A stretch of DNA of 64,000 bases from Guillardia theta CCMP2712. Lineage: Eukaryota > Protista > Cryptophyta. The stretch is from the NCBI RefSeq assembly GCF_000315625.1, contig NW_005434667.1, positions 983,061 to 1,047,060 on the forward strand, read 5' to 3'. Positions 52,101-62,696 of this stretch are shown here, piece by piece; position 1 is the first letter of the stretch; each line of letters opens with the position of its first letter. Below the pieces are notes generated by a model. It searched no databases. It was given only the letters and a program-made list of their open reading frames with translations, and had not been told where the DNA came from. A program made the position numbers and the translations under genes.

Positions 52101-55100
52101 TCGAATACCGATCTGTATGTTTGGGGGAATAACCGATATGGACAACTGGGGCTTGGTGTTAATTCAGATACAAGCTTCAAGAGCTTTCCAGCACTTGTGA
52201 CAGCCCTACAAACCATCTCGTCAAGATGTAGATCCGGGCAGAGTAGTAACTGTATTGAAGCCCAAACATTCATGAAGGACGGAAAGCACGTAGTGAGTGC
52301 CGCGGGAGGGAGCTGGCACACGCTGGTATCTGTAGTACAACAAGAAGCCATTGGCTACAGGAGATCTTATGCCTCCATCAGCAGGGTGTACAGTATGGGT
52401 AACAATGATCAAGGACAGCTTGGACATGGCGACCGAAAAATCAGAAATACACCTACTGAGATCCAAACGAACAATGTCGAACTGCATGAACTCGGGGCGA
52501 ACTACTACCAGTCTTTCTTCACAGTTGGCTGTCCTCCGTCTGACAGCAACGTATGCAATCACAATGGACAATGCTCAGAGCAAGGAATCTGCACCTGCTT
52601 CTCTGGATATCGCGGTGAAAGTTGTATGATTGAGTGCGATGGTGGAGCTAAGACCGTTTGTTCCTTGCATGGTAACACTACACTAGCAGAAATCATTAGC
52701 AGGTGGAGACAGAAGAATATCTTAGCAACTTCTGGTCATAGTCTGAAACGTAGACTGGATGCTGCAATGAAAAAGTATGTTTGTGTGATCCCTGGAGCTG
52801 TGGATTCAGTGTATCCGAGCTTAGCAATGTGCTCTGCTAAATGTGCTTCGCAAGGTGTATGTAAAGCAATTGATGTTACGATGATCACCAGCGAGCAAGT
52901 TCTGAATTTGCTGAATAGCATTGTTCAAGATTTTCCCACCATGAGTACCGCAGTGAATTTTGTGATTGAAGATTGGCCCATCTACCTCTTTGTGTCTGGT
53001 CAGAGCAGTTTGAAGTTCCCGTCCGAGGCTCGTGCGGCTGTCCTTGACAACTCTACCGTGGGTCCAAGTCAAGGATATTGGACCAGAAACGACATCATGC
53101 CAATGCTGCAGATGCTTCAGAACAGGTCCACGTGCTGGTCAAATTATAGCTGTGGCTATGGGCAATGTCCGATCATACCCGGAGTTACTCGAGTCACAGT
53201 CGGAGAGTCGAACTTTGATGTTGCACCTGGTTGTAGAGATGGGATGACTGCACAGGTTCACTTCAAGAAAAGAATAGAAGAGATCGATCAAGTGTGGAGT
53301 AATCTTGAAATGGCAAACCCTTCTTGTGATCCCATTGCGGTTGCAAACATGTATGGGCTCACGAAAGAGCAAGTGCAATACATCTGGGCCTCTTTCGAGA
53401 CGAACCCTTCCAACGTCTCGAATGCAATGCTGTCTCAGCCCGAGAGTTACTTGAATGCTCCGATTGTCGACCCGGTCCTTGCTGTCTCGCAAGTCTGGAA
53501 CGCGTTCGATGTTGCCTGTCAAAACTATTCTCTTTCCCAAATTGACGCTGGTAATGAGTGTAATTCTAACCTCTAGTTCTGACTTTGCCTTGCAGGTTGT
53601 ATGCAAGATGGTACGTGTGTTTGTAGTTATGGATGGACTGGATCTGCCTGCAATGTCGAATGTAAGGGCGGGGCCAGCAATCCTTGCAGCAATCATGGAA
53701 TATGCCGAACAGATGGGATGTGCATCTGCGACCGAGGATGGACTGGGGCCGACTGCTCCATAGAATGTGCAGGAGCGGCGGAGAATCCAAACCATTGGCC
53801 ATGTCACCTGCACGGGAATTGTGAAGGATGGTTTATCAACCCTCAGACACAATTTCAGTATGGTCCTGTCGATGTTGGACAAGCAAAGTTCTTCACAAAC
53901 GCCAAGGGATTGACGACCTTTGACGTGGGGACAAGCGTGGCGACAAACGGGTCGTGCCAATGTCATTATGGATTCCGAAACGCGATTGGAGACTACTCGT
54001 GTTCTGCTGAATGCCCAGGGATAGCTCTGGACTACGTAGCAGAGACTGGAGAATGTTACAACAACGGGATGTGTAATGCCACGGGACAGTGTCTGTGCTA
54101 TCCCGGGTATAGGAATATTTCTTGCAACGTCGAATGCGTAGGAGGGCATCTACGTGACCCCGTGCTTGGGACGTTCTACTCGAACGAATGTACCGCTCAG
54201 CTCATCTGCGACGTGTACCCAGACTATGTCATCCAGAGCCGCAACGGGCCCATCAAGTGTAAGGATATGAACCCGTACGCGCTCGACTACAGCAGGGACT
54301 ACAACCAGTCGGTCTCGGGGGTCTACCTTCGAGTTTTCAACGGCCTGTGTCAGTTCGAAGATCTGCCGTATCGGCTGGATCAGCGAGCAGCTCCTGTCCC
54401 CAGCTGCCCGTACGTCGACTGGTGCAACCCGAACATCTCCATCGCCCTGAGGAATGGCGTCTGCAGTCAGAGCGACTACTGCATCGAGCATCAGACTCAG
54501 ACCAAGAACTTCGAGGGGCAGCCGGTCAACCTGACCTCCACCTTGAAGGATGCTTTGCTGGGCCCCCCACCCCAGGGATGTCCCAGTGTTGAATGCGCAC
54601 AAATCTCCGCGTACATCGACAAGATGAAGTATCCCGCGAGCGACAATCGCTTCCAGTACCATGACTATGAACCTGACCTCGCCCCAAACCACTCTCCTCT
54701 GCTGGGCAAGTGCTACTGCCTTCCCGGATTCCGAGGAGCTAGTTGCAATCAGAGATGTCCGGGGGGAACATATGGAGGTGAAGACCTCAGCGGTCGGTTC
54801 AGATTCTTCCCTACAACCTTGGACAGAAAGGCGACAGACCAGCAGGTGTACGGCTTCGACGTCTTACGCGGATGGGACAGCACAGGCGATGGAGTGCCAG
54901 ATGGGGTAGCGGGGCGAGGGTTGATCAACATTTGCTCAGGCAACGGCTTCTGCGAAGAGGACGCGACGTGCTCCTGCTTCTTGACCGATAAGGGCCCTCA
55001 CACAAACGAGGTTTACGTGACTGGCTGGCGAGGGCTTGCGTGTGAAATTGAATGCCCGGGAGGAGCGCACTCGATCTGCAGTCGTCATGGCGTGTGCGAC

Positions 55101-55619
55101 GACGTTGGCGAGTGCTCGTGCTTCAAAGGCTTCCGCAACAAGAGCTGTGAGGTGGCGTGTCTAGGGCAGAGGGACTGCAACCCAGCCACGGGCTGTGAGG
55201 GGGTCTGCAACTACGCAGGATCCTGTCAGGAGGACGGATCCTGCATCTGTGAGGCAGCGTTCAGAGGCAGCGCATGCGAGCTTGTGTGTCCTCCCTTCAC
55301 TGGCTTGGCGTCAGACATCTGCAACTTGCGGGGAGTCTGCAATGCGGAGGGTGTGTGTAACTGCTACGTGTGGTACCAGGGAGTCGCGTGCGAGCAGATC
55401 GCGTCTTGGGTCATCGCAGTAGTCGTTCTCTTCACCTTGGCTCTCATTGCCGTCTCGGTACACCTTATCCGCAGGTGGCTGCACAACCGCATGCGCGCCC
55501 GACGACGAGCACGACGAGAACGGAGGAAAGTGAGGAGAACAGAAGCTGCTGTGAATAGAATGAAAGGCTACAAGGTCCCAATCCCCGACGACATGTCTAT
55601 GCAGGCAAAGGGGATATGA
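37121..55619 (+). CDS. Giant (~6,000 aa) type I membrane protein: signal peptide, ~30 IPT/TIG repeats, 7 RCC1 repeats, EGF-like repeats, TM helix, basic cytosolic tail
   Basis: Signal peptide ...ALYGLLMLTTAATSLA-Q; repeated PxxGPxxGGTxVxIxGxNF...CKFG...CxSP; seven WGxNxYGQLG-type motifs (50815-52520); CxCxxGxxGxxC EGF units (52530-55395); TM WVIAVVVLFTLALIAVSVHLI. Four small 5' exons, exon 38364-53550, intron 53551-53595, then the last exon. Confidence 0.9.
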
Positions 55620-55633
55620 TTTACAGTACAGAA

Positions 55634-56461
55634 TCATTCAGAGAAGACGCAAGCGAGAACAGAAGCATTCCAGGTAGAGATGAAGAGAATATTTCCCCAA
55701 GCGTGCGACTTACTTGGATGCACCTTCTCTGGTTGCGACCTAACGACGAAATGTAAATCAATTAAACAAATTCAAAATCTGACTTCACCTTTCGTGCCCG
55801 GCCGATCTGGGGTGATTGTAAAGAATATCAGTGATGGACAACGACTTCTGACAGGTCAACGTCTCAGGCTTCCACAGCTTGATCGTTCCATCCATAGAGG
55901 TTGAAATTAAAGAATATTCAGGTGACAATGACCTGACAGTCCATGGTCATCCGCATCGAAAGCAAGCAACAAACACACATGCTCAGGCCTGTCACTGCCG
56001 CATCGTGGGCGGTCACTGCTTGGACGACTTCGCCTATTGTCGGATCATGTTAGATGAGGTTGAGCGCATGTTTGAAACATGAAGAAGACCTGTCCCGTAA
56101 TCCCACATCCATATCTTCCCGCGTGTATCGCTTGCATAGACAGCGATGAAGGTGTCTCTGCCACGATCAATCTGACAGCTCTGCACGTTGTTGAATTTCT
56201 CTGACTCTCCTTCAAGGCTCTGCAGGCATGGAAGTCACCTTATGTCTCCATTCTTACATCTCATTCACAAGTGTGCATCTTCCATCTTCAATGCTCCACA
56301 TCCTGACCGTCCCATCGTCACCTCCCGAGATCACCTGGTCGCAATTCAAACGGCTCCTACTGGGGCTATATTAACCACTCTCTCTTGCTGCAGGACGTGA
56401 AGAGCAGCAACCCCACTGTAATGACTGGACGAGAGTCAGCTCCTGCTCCTACTCATGCTCA

Positions 56462-56507
<46 letters not shown>

Positions 56508-57677
56508 GATGCTCCCCTCCCACCCGCCTGCCCTACTTTTTTCCTCCCCTATTTTTCTCCTCTGCCTCACCCACCCTTCGAGTCTGAGTAGAGGCAAGGC
56601 ACCTTGTGGTCCCCATAACTATGGAACCACATCAGAGACAGCAGAAATCGGCCGGCCCTTACATCCCAGATGTTGATGGTTGTGTCGACGGACCCTGTGA
56701 TGAGATGGACTTGATCCGAGTCATCTGGACTTGTCAAGGCGATGCTCCAGATGGGCCCTGAATGACCCGCGTACTCTCGATGAGCAGGAGAGCCTGGAGA
56801 GCTGTCGATCTGTTTCTCGAGATCTCACCACGTGAGCGAGGGCGAGGAGAGGGTCACCTTCCACAGCCGAGCCTTGCAGTCCAGTCCTCCAGCCACAACA
56901 AAGTCTCTCATGGCCGCCATGCACAAGATCGGCCCAGGTTGAGCATGATCTACATCGGAATGAGACGATGAGCACGATGGGTCTTTGCTTGCCTGCTCCA
57001 AAGGACCGGATAGGAGCCGGGGCTTTCTTTTCCGCAGACTCCAATGTGTAGCTCAAGAAGGTTGGGATCCGATACATGAAAATCCTCCTGTCCCCTCCTC
57101 CTGTGAAGAGATATGGACCTCCTGGAGCAAACGATCAGTCAAAGCTCCCAAATCTCCTGCCCTTGCATCACCGCCACACATGCTGATCACCGGCCCTTCA
57201 TGGTCATGAAGGACTGTGGCTCTCATGCCCTTCGGATTATTCGGCAAAAGTTTTTCACTCACGTTGAGCCTCAAGATTCTCTTCCAGTTGCGAGCCTGTA
57301 GATCAGAACCCTCTTGGTGGTATGATTGCCCCGATTTCAATCCGAGTGCAACCTTGTACCTCTCGATCTTCTGCCTCCCGAGCGCTCGATGCACGCATCT
57401 TTGCCAGAGAGTAGAAGATTCAAGAGATTGCACGAGAGAATTCCATGATGTCGAGACCATCTCCATCTTCGCCAACTCGTCCAGGTCGCAGAATCCTAAG
57501 ATGTACAGGAAGAGGCTCCTATTGCACAACGTCACGTTTATGCAGCTTGATCTACACCATAGAAACTTGGCGAGTCGCGCACCTTGGCATGCCTCTTTCT
57601 CTCTCTCCCTCCTCCATGAAGCCCCAGGCTCCTCCTGGTCGCGACAGAAGCTCCCGGAACCCAAGTTGTCGCGCCAT
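55634..57677 (-). CDS. F-box/WD40 repeat protein
   Basis: Spliced F-box GMPR|SLFLYILGFCDLDELAKMEMVSTSW...LWQRC; WD repeats LTGSVDTTINIWD, VISGGDDGTVRMWS, GKIWMWDLR, ISTSMDGTIKLWK; ends ACVFSE*. Confidence 0.8.
56435..56515 (+). repeat. (GCTCCT)n hexamer microsatellite inside an F-box/WD40 intron
   Basis: Seen directly. Confidence 0.9.
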
Positions 57678-57758
57678 GACATTGGTGGAATGATGTGTCC
57701 CACGAATGATGGGTGACATATTGTTAAGTGAAATGGTCTGGAGGCCGGGAAGGTTGAC

Positions 57759-57789
57759 TGGGGTAGTAATAATAGCTATTACTACCCCA
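57759..57789. promoter_or_regulatory. 13-bp perfect inverted repeat in the 136-nt divergent spacer; candidate bidirectional promoter element
   Basis: TGGGGTAGTAATA-atagc-TATTACTACCCCA between the F-box ATG (57677) and the GNAT ATG (57814). Confidence 0.45.
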
Positions 57790-57813
57790 CCTCCTTCACA
57801 TTTCTTCCCTGCC

Positions 57814-58694
57814 ATGACCTCCGCCTATGGCGGCAAGGCTGGGAATGGGAGACTGGGCGAAAAGATGCTGAAGATGCTGCCACTGAGTGCTGAGCTGAAG
57901 TCAGGACGACAGGTAGAGGTTGATCTTGTTCGAGAGGAGGAATGGGAAGAATGTATGCGACTCTTGAACGCGATCATTGAGCAAGGAAGGGCGTGGCCAT
58001 TCGACAAGACATATACAAGGATGGAAGATTTTCAAGGATACTTCCTCAGCCACACAGCCTTCGTTGTGAGATCAACAAGTGCTGGGCTTGATGCGAACAA
58101 AAAATTTTCAAATCCAGGGGATGTCATGGGAATATTCTACATCAAACCGAACTACCCTGGTCGCTGTTCACATGTTTGCAATGGCGGATTCATCACGAAA
58201 GAGGAATTCAGGATGCAGGTATGATCAGAAATAATCCTGAGCCTCTTTGATGAAATGGAGTATGACACGTACATTTGCTACAGGGAGTGGGAAAGTTGAT
58301 GGGGGCATGCTACCTTAAGTTCGCAAGAGCACTAGGATATGAGATGTCCTACTTCAACCTCGTGTTCGCCTCCAACGAGGAGAGCATTCGGTTATGGGAT
58401 GGTCTCGGGTTTCAGAGAGTCTCTCTGCTGAAAAAATGCGCGAAGCTCAAGGTTGTCTGCTGGAAGCGCTTGCCCTTGCTGACGCGGCTGTGACAGGGCA
58501 TCGAGGGCCTGGTGGATGCATATGGATATTGCTACGATCTTGCTACGGTAGATGAGAAGTTTGACCCCATCAAGGTCGCCAGGTCACGATCAATGAGCCC
58601 AAGATGGTTCGCGTTCAAACGACTTTACGGCGAGTGGTCGCCTTATCTTCTTCCGTGTTTTGTTGCTTCAACCATTTTCCTGTTGATACAATGA
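57814..58694 (+). CDS. GNAT acetyltransferase, Mpr1/Spt10-GNAT-like, with C-terminal hydrophobic tail
   Basis: FYIKPNYPGRCSHVCNGGF...FRMQ|GVGKLMG...YFNLVFASNEESIRLWDGLGF...; ends PYLLPCFVASTIFLLIQ*. Confidence 0.85.
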
Positions 58695-58778
58695 TGTGAA
58701 GTTTTTTTAAAATATCAACGAAGATGAAAATGAAATTGATTGTTCCCTCTGTAAATGCTCCATGAACAGCAGATCCTT

Positions 58779-60571
58779 CTACTTCCACCAGAAACTTATG
58801 GAAAAGCTAGTTTCACATGATCTTACATAGTGCCAGTATCCTTTTGGGATGAACAAACACTGTCCCGCTTCCAGAACGCAGTCCGTGAAAGAAGCTTTTT
58901 GGAACAGGGGGAACTTTTCCTTGTCCACTTCCTCAACTGGAAAAGTCGTGAGAAGTCACGTGACACGCAGAGAAAGTGAGCCGACGACTCACCATCAACT
59001 CGACTTGTGTTGTACTCCGTCCCACCATGTGGATACATAGCTTCTTGCTCCCTGGGGTGATAAAGCCTGATATATTTGCTTCCTACCACCTGCGACCTCG
59101 TCATACAAGAACATGCCGAGGCAAAGAGAGAGGCTAGCAAGCCACCTGTGCGAAGATGTTGTTGTAATTGTCGTAGTGAAGGGGAGTGACAGTTCCCCCG
59201 GGCCCTAACCATGCGTTCATGACGAGAGTGTCATCTTCTTCGTCGCTGAGGGCTGGTGAATACTCAACACAAGCTTCAAACGCCTCTCTACCCGGTCAAT
59301 GCTGTGTAGTCTGGAACCAGAAAGTCATCCCGCAATTCCTGCAGCATGTTGGACACGCGATATAAAACTCGATGCAGGTCTTCACCTTGATCTGTTCGAA
59401 CAAATCATGTTGAGCTAGGTACCCAATAACATCTCCCTTAGACCTTTGAAGCAACATGATCACTCGGAAAAAAACAACAACAGCAGCAGCGACCTGATGA
59501 TGTCATCGAAGAAACTCTCTAACGTCATGAGTCTTTGGGTCCATCTAAAGCGAGCAGCCCTCAGTAAACTCGCGGTGAATTTCATGCACATCAAACCCTG
59601 ATTCCAAGTAATTTCTCCCAAGCTCAATCGGGACAGTCCGGAAACCTGTAGAGATACACTCAGACGTCAATATTGCAGAGCGTGGCGACAATAACCAGCA
59701 AGTTCGTTGAGGTATTCAAGATTCTTCCACTTTTCGTACGCTGGCCATTGATCTACAACGCCTGTCATGACGACTGGAAGTTGTTTCTGTTGCAACAGTG
59801 TTACTAAAGTGACTGTTTGTTGCTTCCAGCTACATCAAGATACTCCAACTTGAATGTCAACAGGGGTGGAGAAGATACAACTGGAATCCTCTCTCCTTTG
59901 CAGCTTGTTATGGAAGGCAGAGATGAAGACACCGAGTCTCCCCTCTCCTCTACTCTGATCTTCTTAGTTCCCCTCCTTGTCTCTTCCAGTCTCCTCGCAT
60001 CCCGTACAGCTTCCACAATTGCATCGAGCATCCTGTGCGCTTGCCCTCGGTTCCTCTCCCCCCCGAAGAGGAGTGCAAGATCGATCCAGCGTGCTGCTAC
60101 AAGTTCTGCAGGGACAGATTCCATTTCTTCTTCCCACCAGACGCATTCGCACGCCTTCATGTCAAGAGCAGGGAAGTTCTCCGAGTCTTTGAAGAGGCTC
60201 AGGATCGCATTCAGCATGCAGCAGATCGCGAAGAGCTCCCGCCAGCTGTTGGACACTCCCCTCCAGTGTCCCTGGTGAATTTCCTTCCACGTGCTCCCGC
60301 ACAGTTCCAGCACCTTTAGCATGCTTGCATGCAGTGACGTCACCAGCTGACTTCCTTGCTGCTGTTCACCAGAATCCATGTACTCATGGAGGATGCGGAC
60401 GGACTTCAAGACGTCACTCATGGTTTCTATCGACTCTCTTCCTCCGCAAAGCTCTTCCAAGCCTTTCATGCTCGCCATGCACTCGTCGTGGGAGGGGAAC
60501 TCCTTCACCATTCTGGAAACACATCCCATGTTCCCCTTTTCCCTGAGCTGTTTGCCTGCCTTGCTTGCCAT
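58779..60571 (-). CDS. JMJD5: JmjC-domain 2-oxoglutarate/Fe(II) oxygenase, JMJD5/KDM8-like
   Basis: N-terminal WKEIHQGHWRGVSNSWRELF; YLAQHDLFEQI; NAWLGPGGTVTPLHYD (HxD); YWHYVRSCETSFSISFWWK*. Confidence 0.88.
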
Positions 60572-60959
60572 CGCTGACAGGAATGGCTTCCTGCCTTCTC
60601 TCCTCCTTACCTTGGCTCTTTCATCCTCTTCCCCTCTCCACCCTCCCCTGCTGCAACATGCCTCCTCCTCCTGCCTTCACCCTCCCGTCTCTGCAACTCT
60701 GCGTGGTTTTTTCGATGCGCCCTGTCATTGAAACGGGGGAAATCCTCGACCCGACTCCTCCCATCCGCTCCCCCGCACCCCCTGCAGTACTGCCGCCAGC
60801 TCTCCCGCCTCGTCCTACCTGCCCACCTGGCCCATGCTGCCCGCCCTCATAGGCGATGTTGCTTCCAGCCCTACCGGCCGTTTGAGCTGGGAACTTGGAG
60901 GGGAGGAGGAAGGGCGGATCAGACTAGTTTCGATGAAGGAGAGACTGGTATCAAAACGT

Positions 60960-62083
60960 TTACTTGATGAGGAGCGACTTGAAGGGATGGTTGCTGCTAT
61001 CATGCAGCATGCGGGGATAGGGGACATTGGGCTCGCTATCCACGATCTCCTGCATCATGGCGTATCCTTCATCTCGAGGCCCCGCCCACGTCCTCGTGAT
61101 GCCCTCCATCTTCATGATCTCCTGATGAAACTTGTTGTTCCAGTCCATGGCGAAGAGAGCCTGAAGGCACGCAGCTCGTCAGCATGGTAGAAGCTCATCG
61201 CCGGCCTGCTTACCTCTTGGAATGCTTCCTTCTTAGCTGCCTCGAGACCGGGAAGAGCGTCGAACTGACAGTGGTCGAAGGGAGGAGGAGCGTCTTTGAG
61301 GACGGTCATCTTCTTTCCATCCGCATTCACCTTTCCCGACGACAAGGCTCTTTGCCACATGAGGTCGGACACGAGTCCAGCAGCAGCCTCTCCTCGCTTC
61401 AGCGCCTCCATCACGAGGACCTCTCCCTCAGCCGTGTCGCCATGCTTCCCAACGTCTCTGTCGAACCTGATCATCGACAGCGACTTGAGGTTGACTCCTT
61501 GCTTTTTCAGATGGTGGAGGGGGAGGATGTACGCCTGTGGTGAGTCCACCGTCCCTGCTGCGATAGTCTGCCCCTCGAGCTCCTTGAGGGCCTTGATCCC
61601 GCTGTCCTCTGTGACGATGATATGAGATTGGAAATCTCTATCGCAATCTCGCATGCCCAAAGACAAACTTGCGTTGTTGGTTCTCTGCTTGACTCTGCAG
61701 TGTGCAAGGGGGCCGTTCCAGGCAATGTCGATCTGTTTGTTCATCAACGCCTCCACTTGCGCTTCATAGGAGGTGAACAGAATGTAGTCGACATTCATGT
61801 TCTTGGATGCAAAGTATTGTTTCATGCCGTCCCAGATCGAGCTGATTCCAGAGCAGTAAGCGACACAACCAAGGACAACATCAGGTTTCTTGACCCCTCC
61901 AGCATTCATCGTGTGAATGTTTCTTTGCTCATTCAATTTTCTGTAGCTAGAAGGAAAGTAAGAAACACAATCCCTATAAATTCTGCAAAGTCACCAGGAG
62001 ATGGTGCTTGAGGTACCATGAAGTAGTCTTGTCGCAGACGAAAATGATTTGAATTGTCCAGTCAATCGTCTTTGAAGCAGCAT
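60960..62083 (-). CDS. PhnD/SsuA-type (PBP2 fold) substrate-binding-like protein with predicted mitochondrial presequence
   Basis: Exon 62083-61995, 48-nt intron, exon from 61946: MLLQRRLTGQFKSFSSATRLLHGTSSTISCYRKLNEQRNIHT-MNAGG...VVLGCVAY...SYEAQVEALMNKQIDIAWNGPLA...MRDCD...DSPQAYILP...HGDTAEGE...FDHCQF...|ALFAMDWNN...LLIK*. Confidence 0.8.
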
Positions 62084-62696
62084 TGATTCTACAAAGAACA
62101 GGTCAATCACGTTGCCCACCAGCAGTCACCTTATCCGAATCTACATGTAAACGGAGCCATCTCTCTGTTCTCCCTCACCTTTATGAAAGCCCTGTCTGTT
62201 GATTCTGCTACCAAACTAGAGCAGAAAGAACACGAACCTTTGGTGCTATGATCCCATCGCGATTTCCCTGAGCCCTGCAGCAGGTTGCCGCGGCAATTCC
62301 TCGCTCCTCATCTACCCTATCATTTCCTACACATTGAAGTCTGTAATTCTTGACTGAACTGCATTCTCTTCTTCTTCTACCCTCTGATTTATCGTCGTGA
62401 TGTGAATGCTACGTTCAGGTCCCTCATCACTGTCCCTCTGGCGCTGCCATGGAAACATACCAATTTGTAAAACTTAAAAAGATTCTTGTAAAACACAAAC
62501 CAGTTCACTGCAGAGTTCCTGTACGACTCGAAGAAACATGTCTCCGTAGGAGATAACAAGACTGCGGAGAGGAGATAGATTAGTTAGATAATCACTGGCT
62601 CTGCAATGGGAATTTGATCTCCTCATGACTCATGGTGTCGTTGGAAGTTCTTCAGTGATTATTTCTTAGATTCGGTTAACGTTAGCAATACTGGAA

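Noticed and set aside
38172-53576. Treating the 5134-aa ORF and the 672-aa ORF (53601-55619) as separate genes
   Set aside because: A 45-nt GT-AG intron (53551-53595) joins them in frame and completes a split EGF unit; upstream exons supply the signal peptide.
53139-54692. Long minus-strand ORFs (336 aa and 180 aa)
   Set aside because: Antisense shadows of the GC-richer EGF-coding sequence.
56385-56676. (AP)n and poly-Leu ORFs
   Set aside because: Intronic (GCTCCT)n repeat on the opposite strand of the F-box/WD40 gene.
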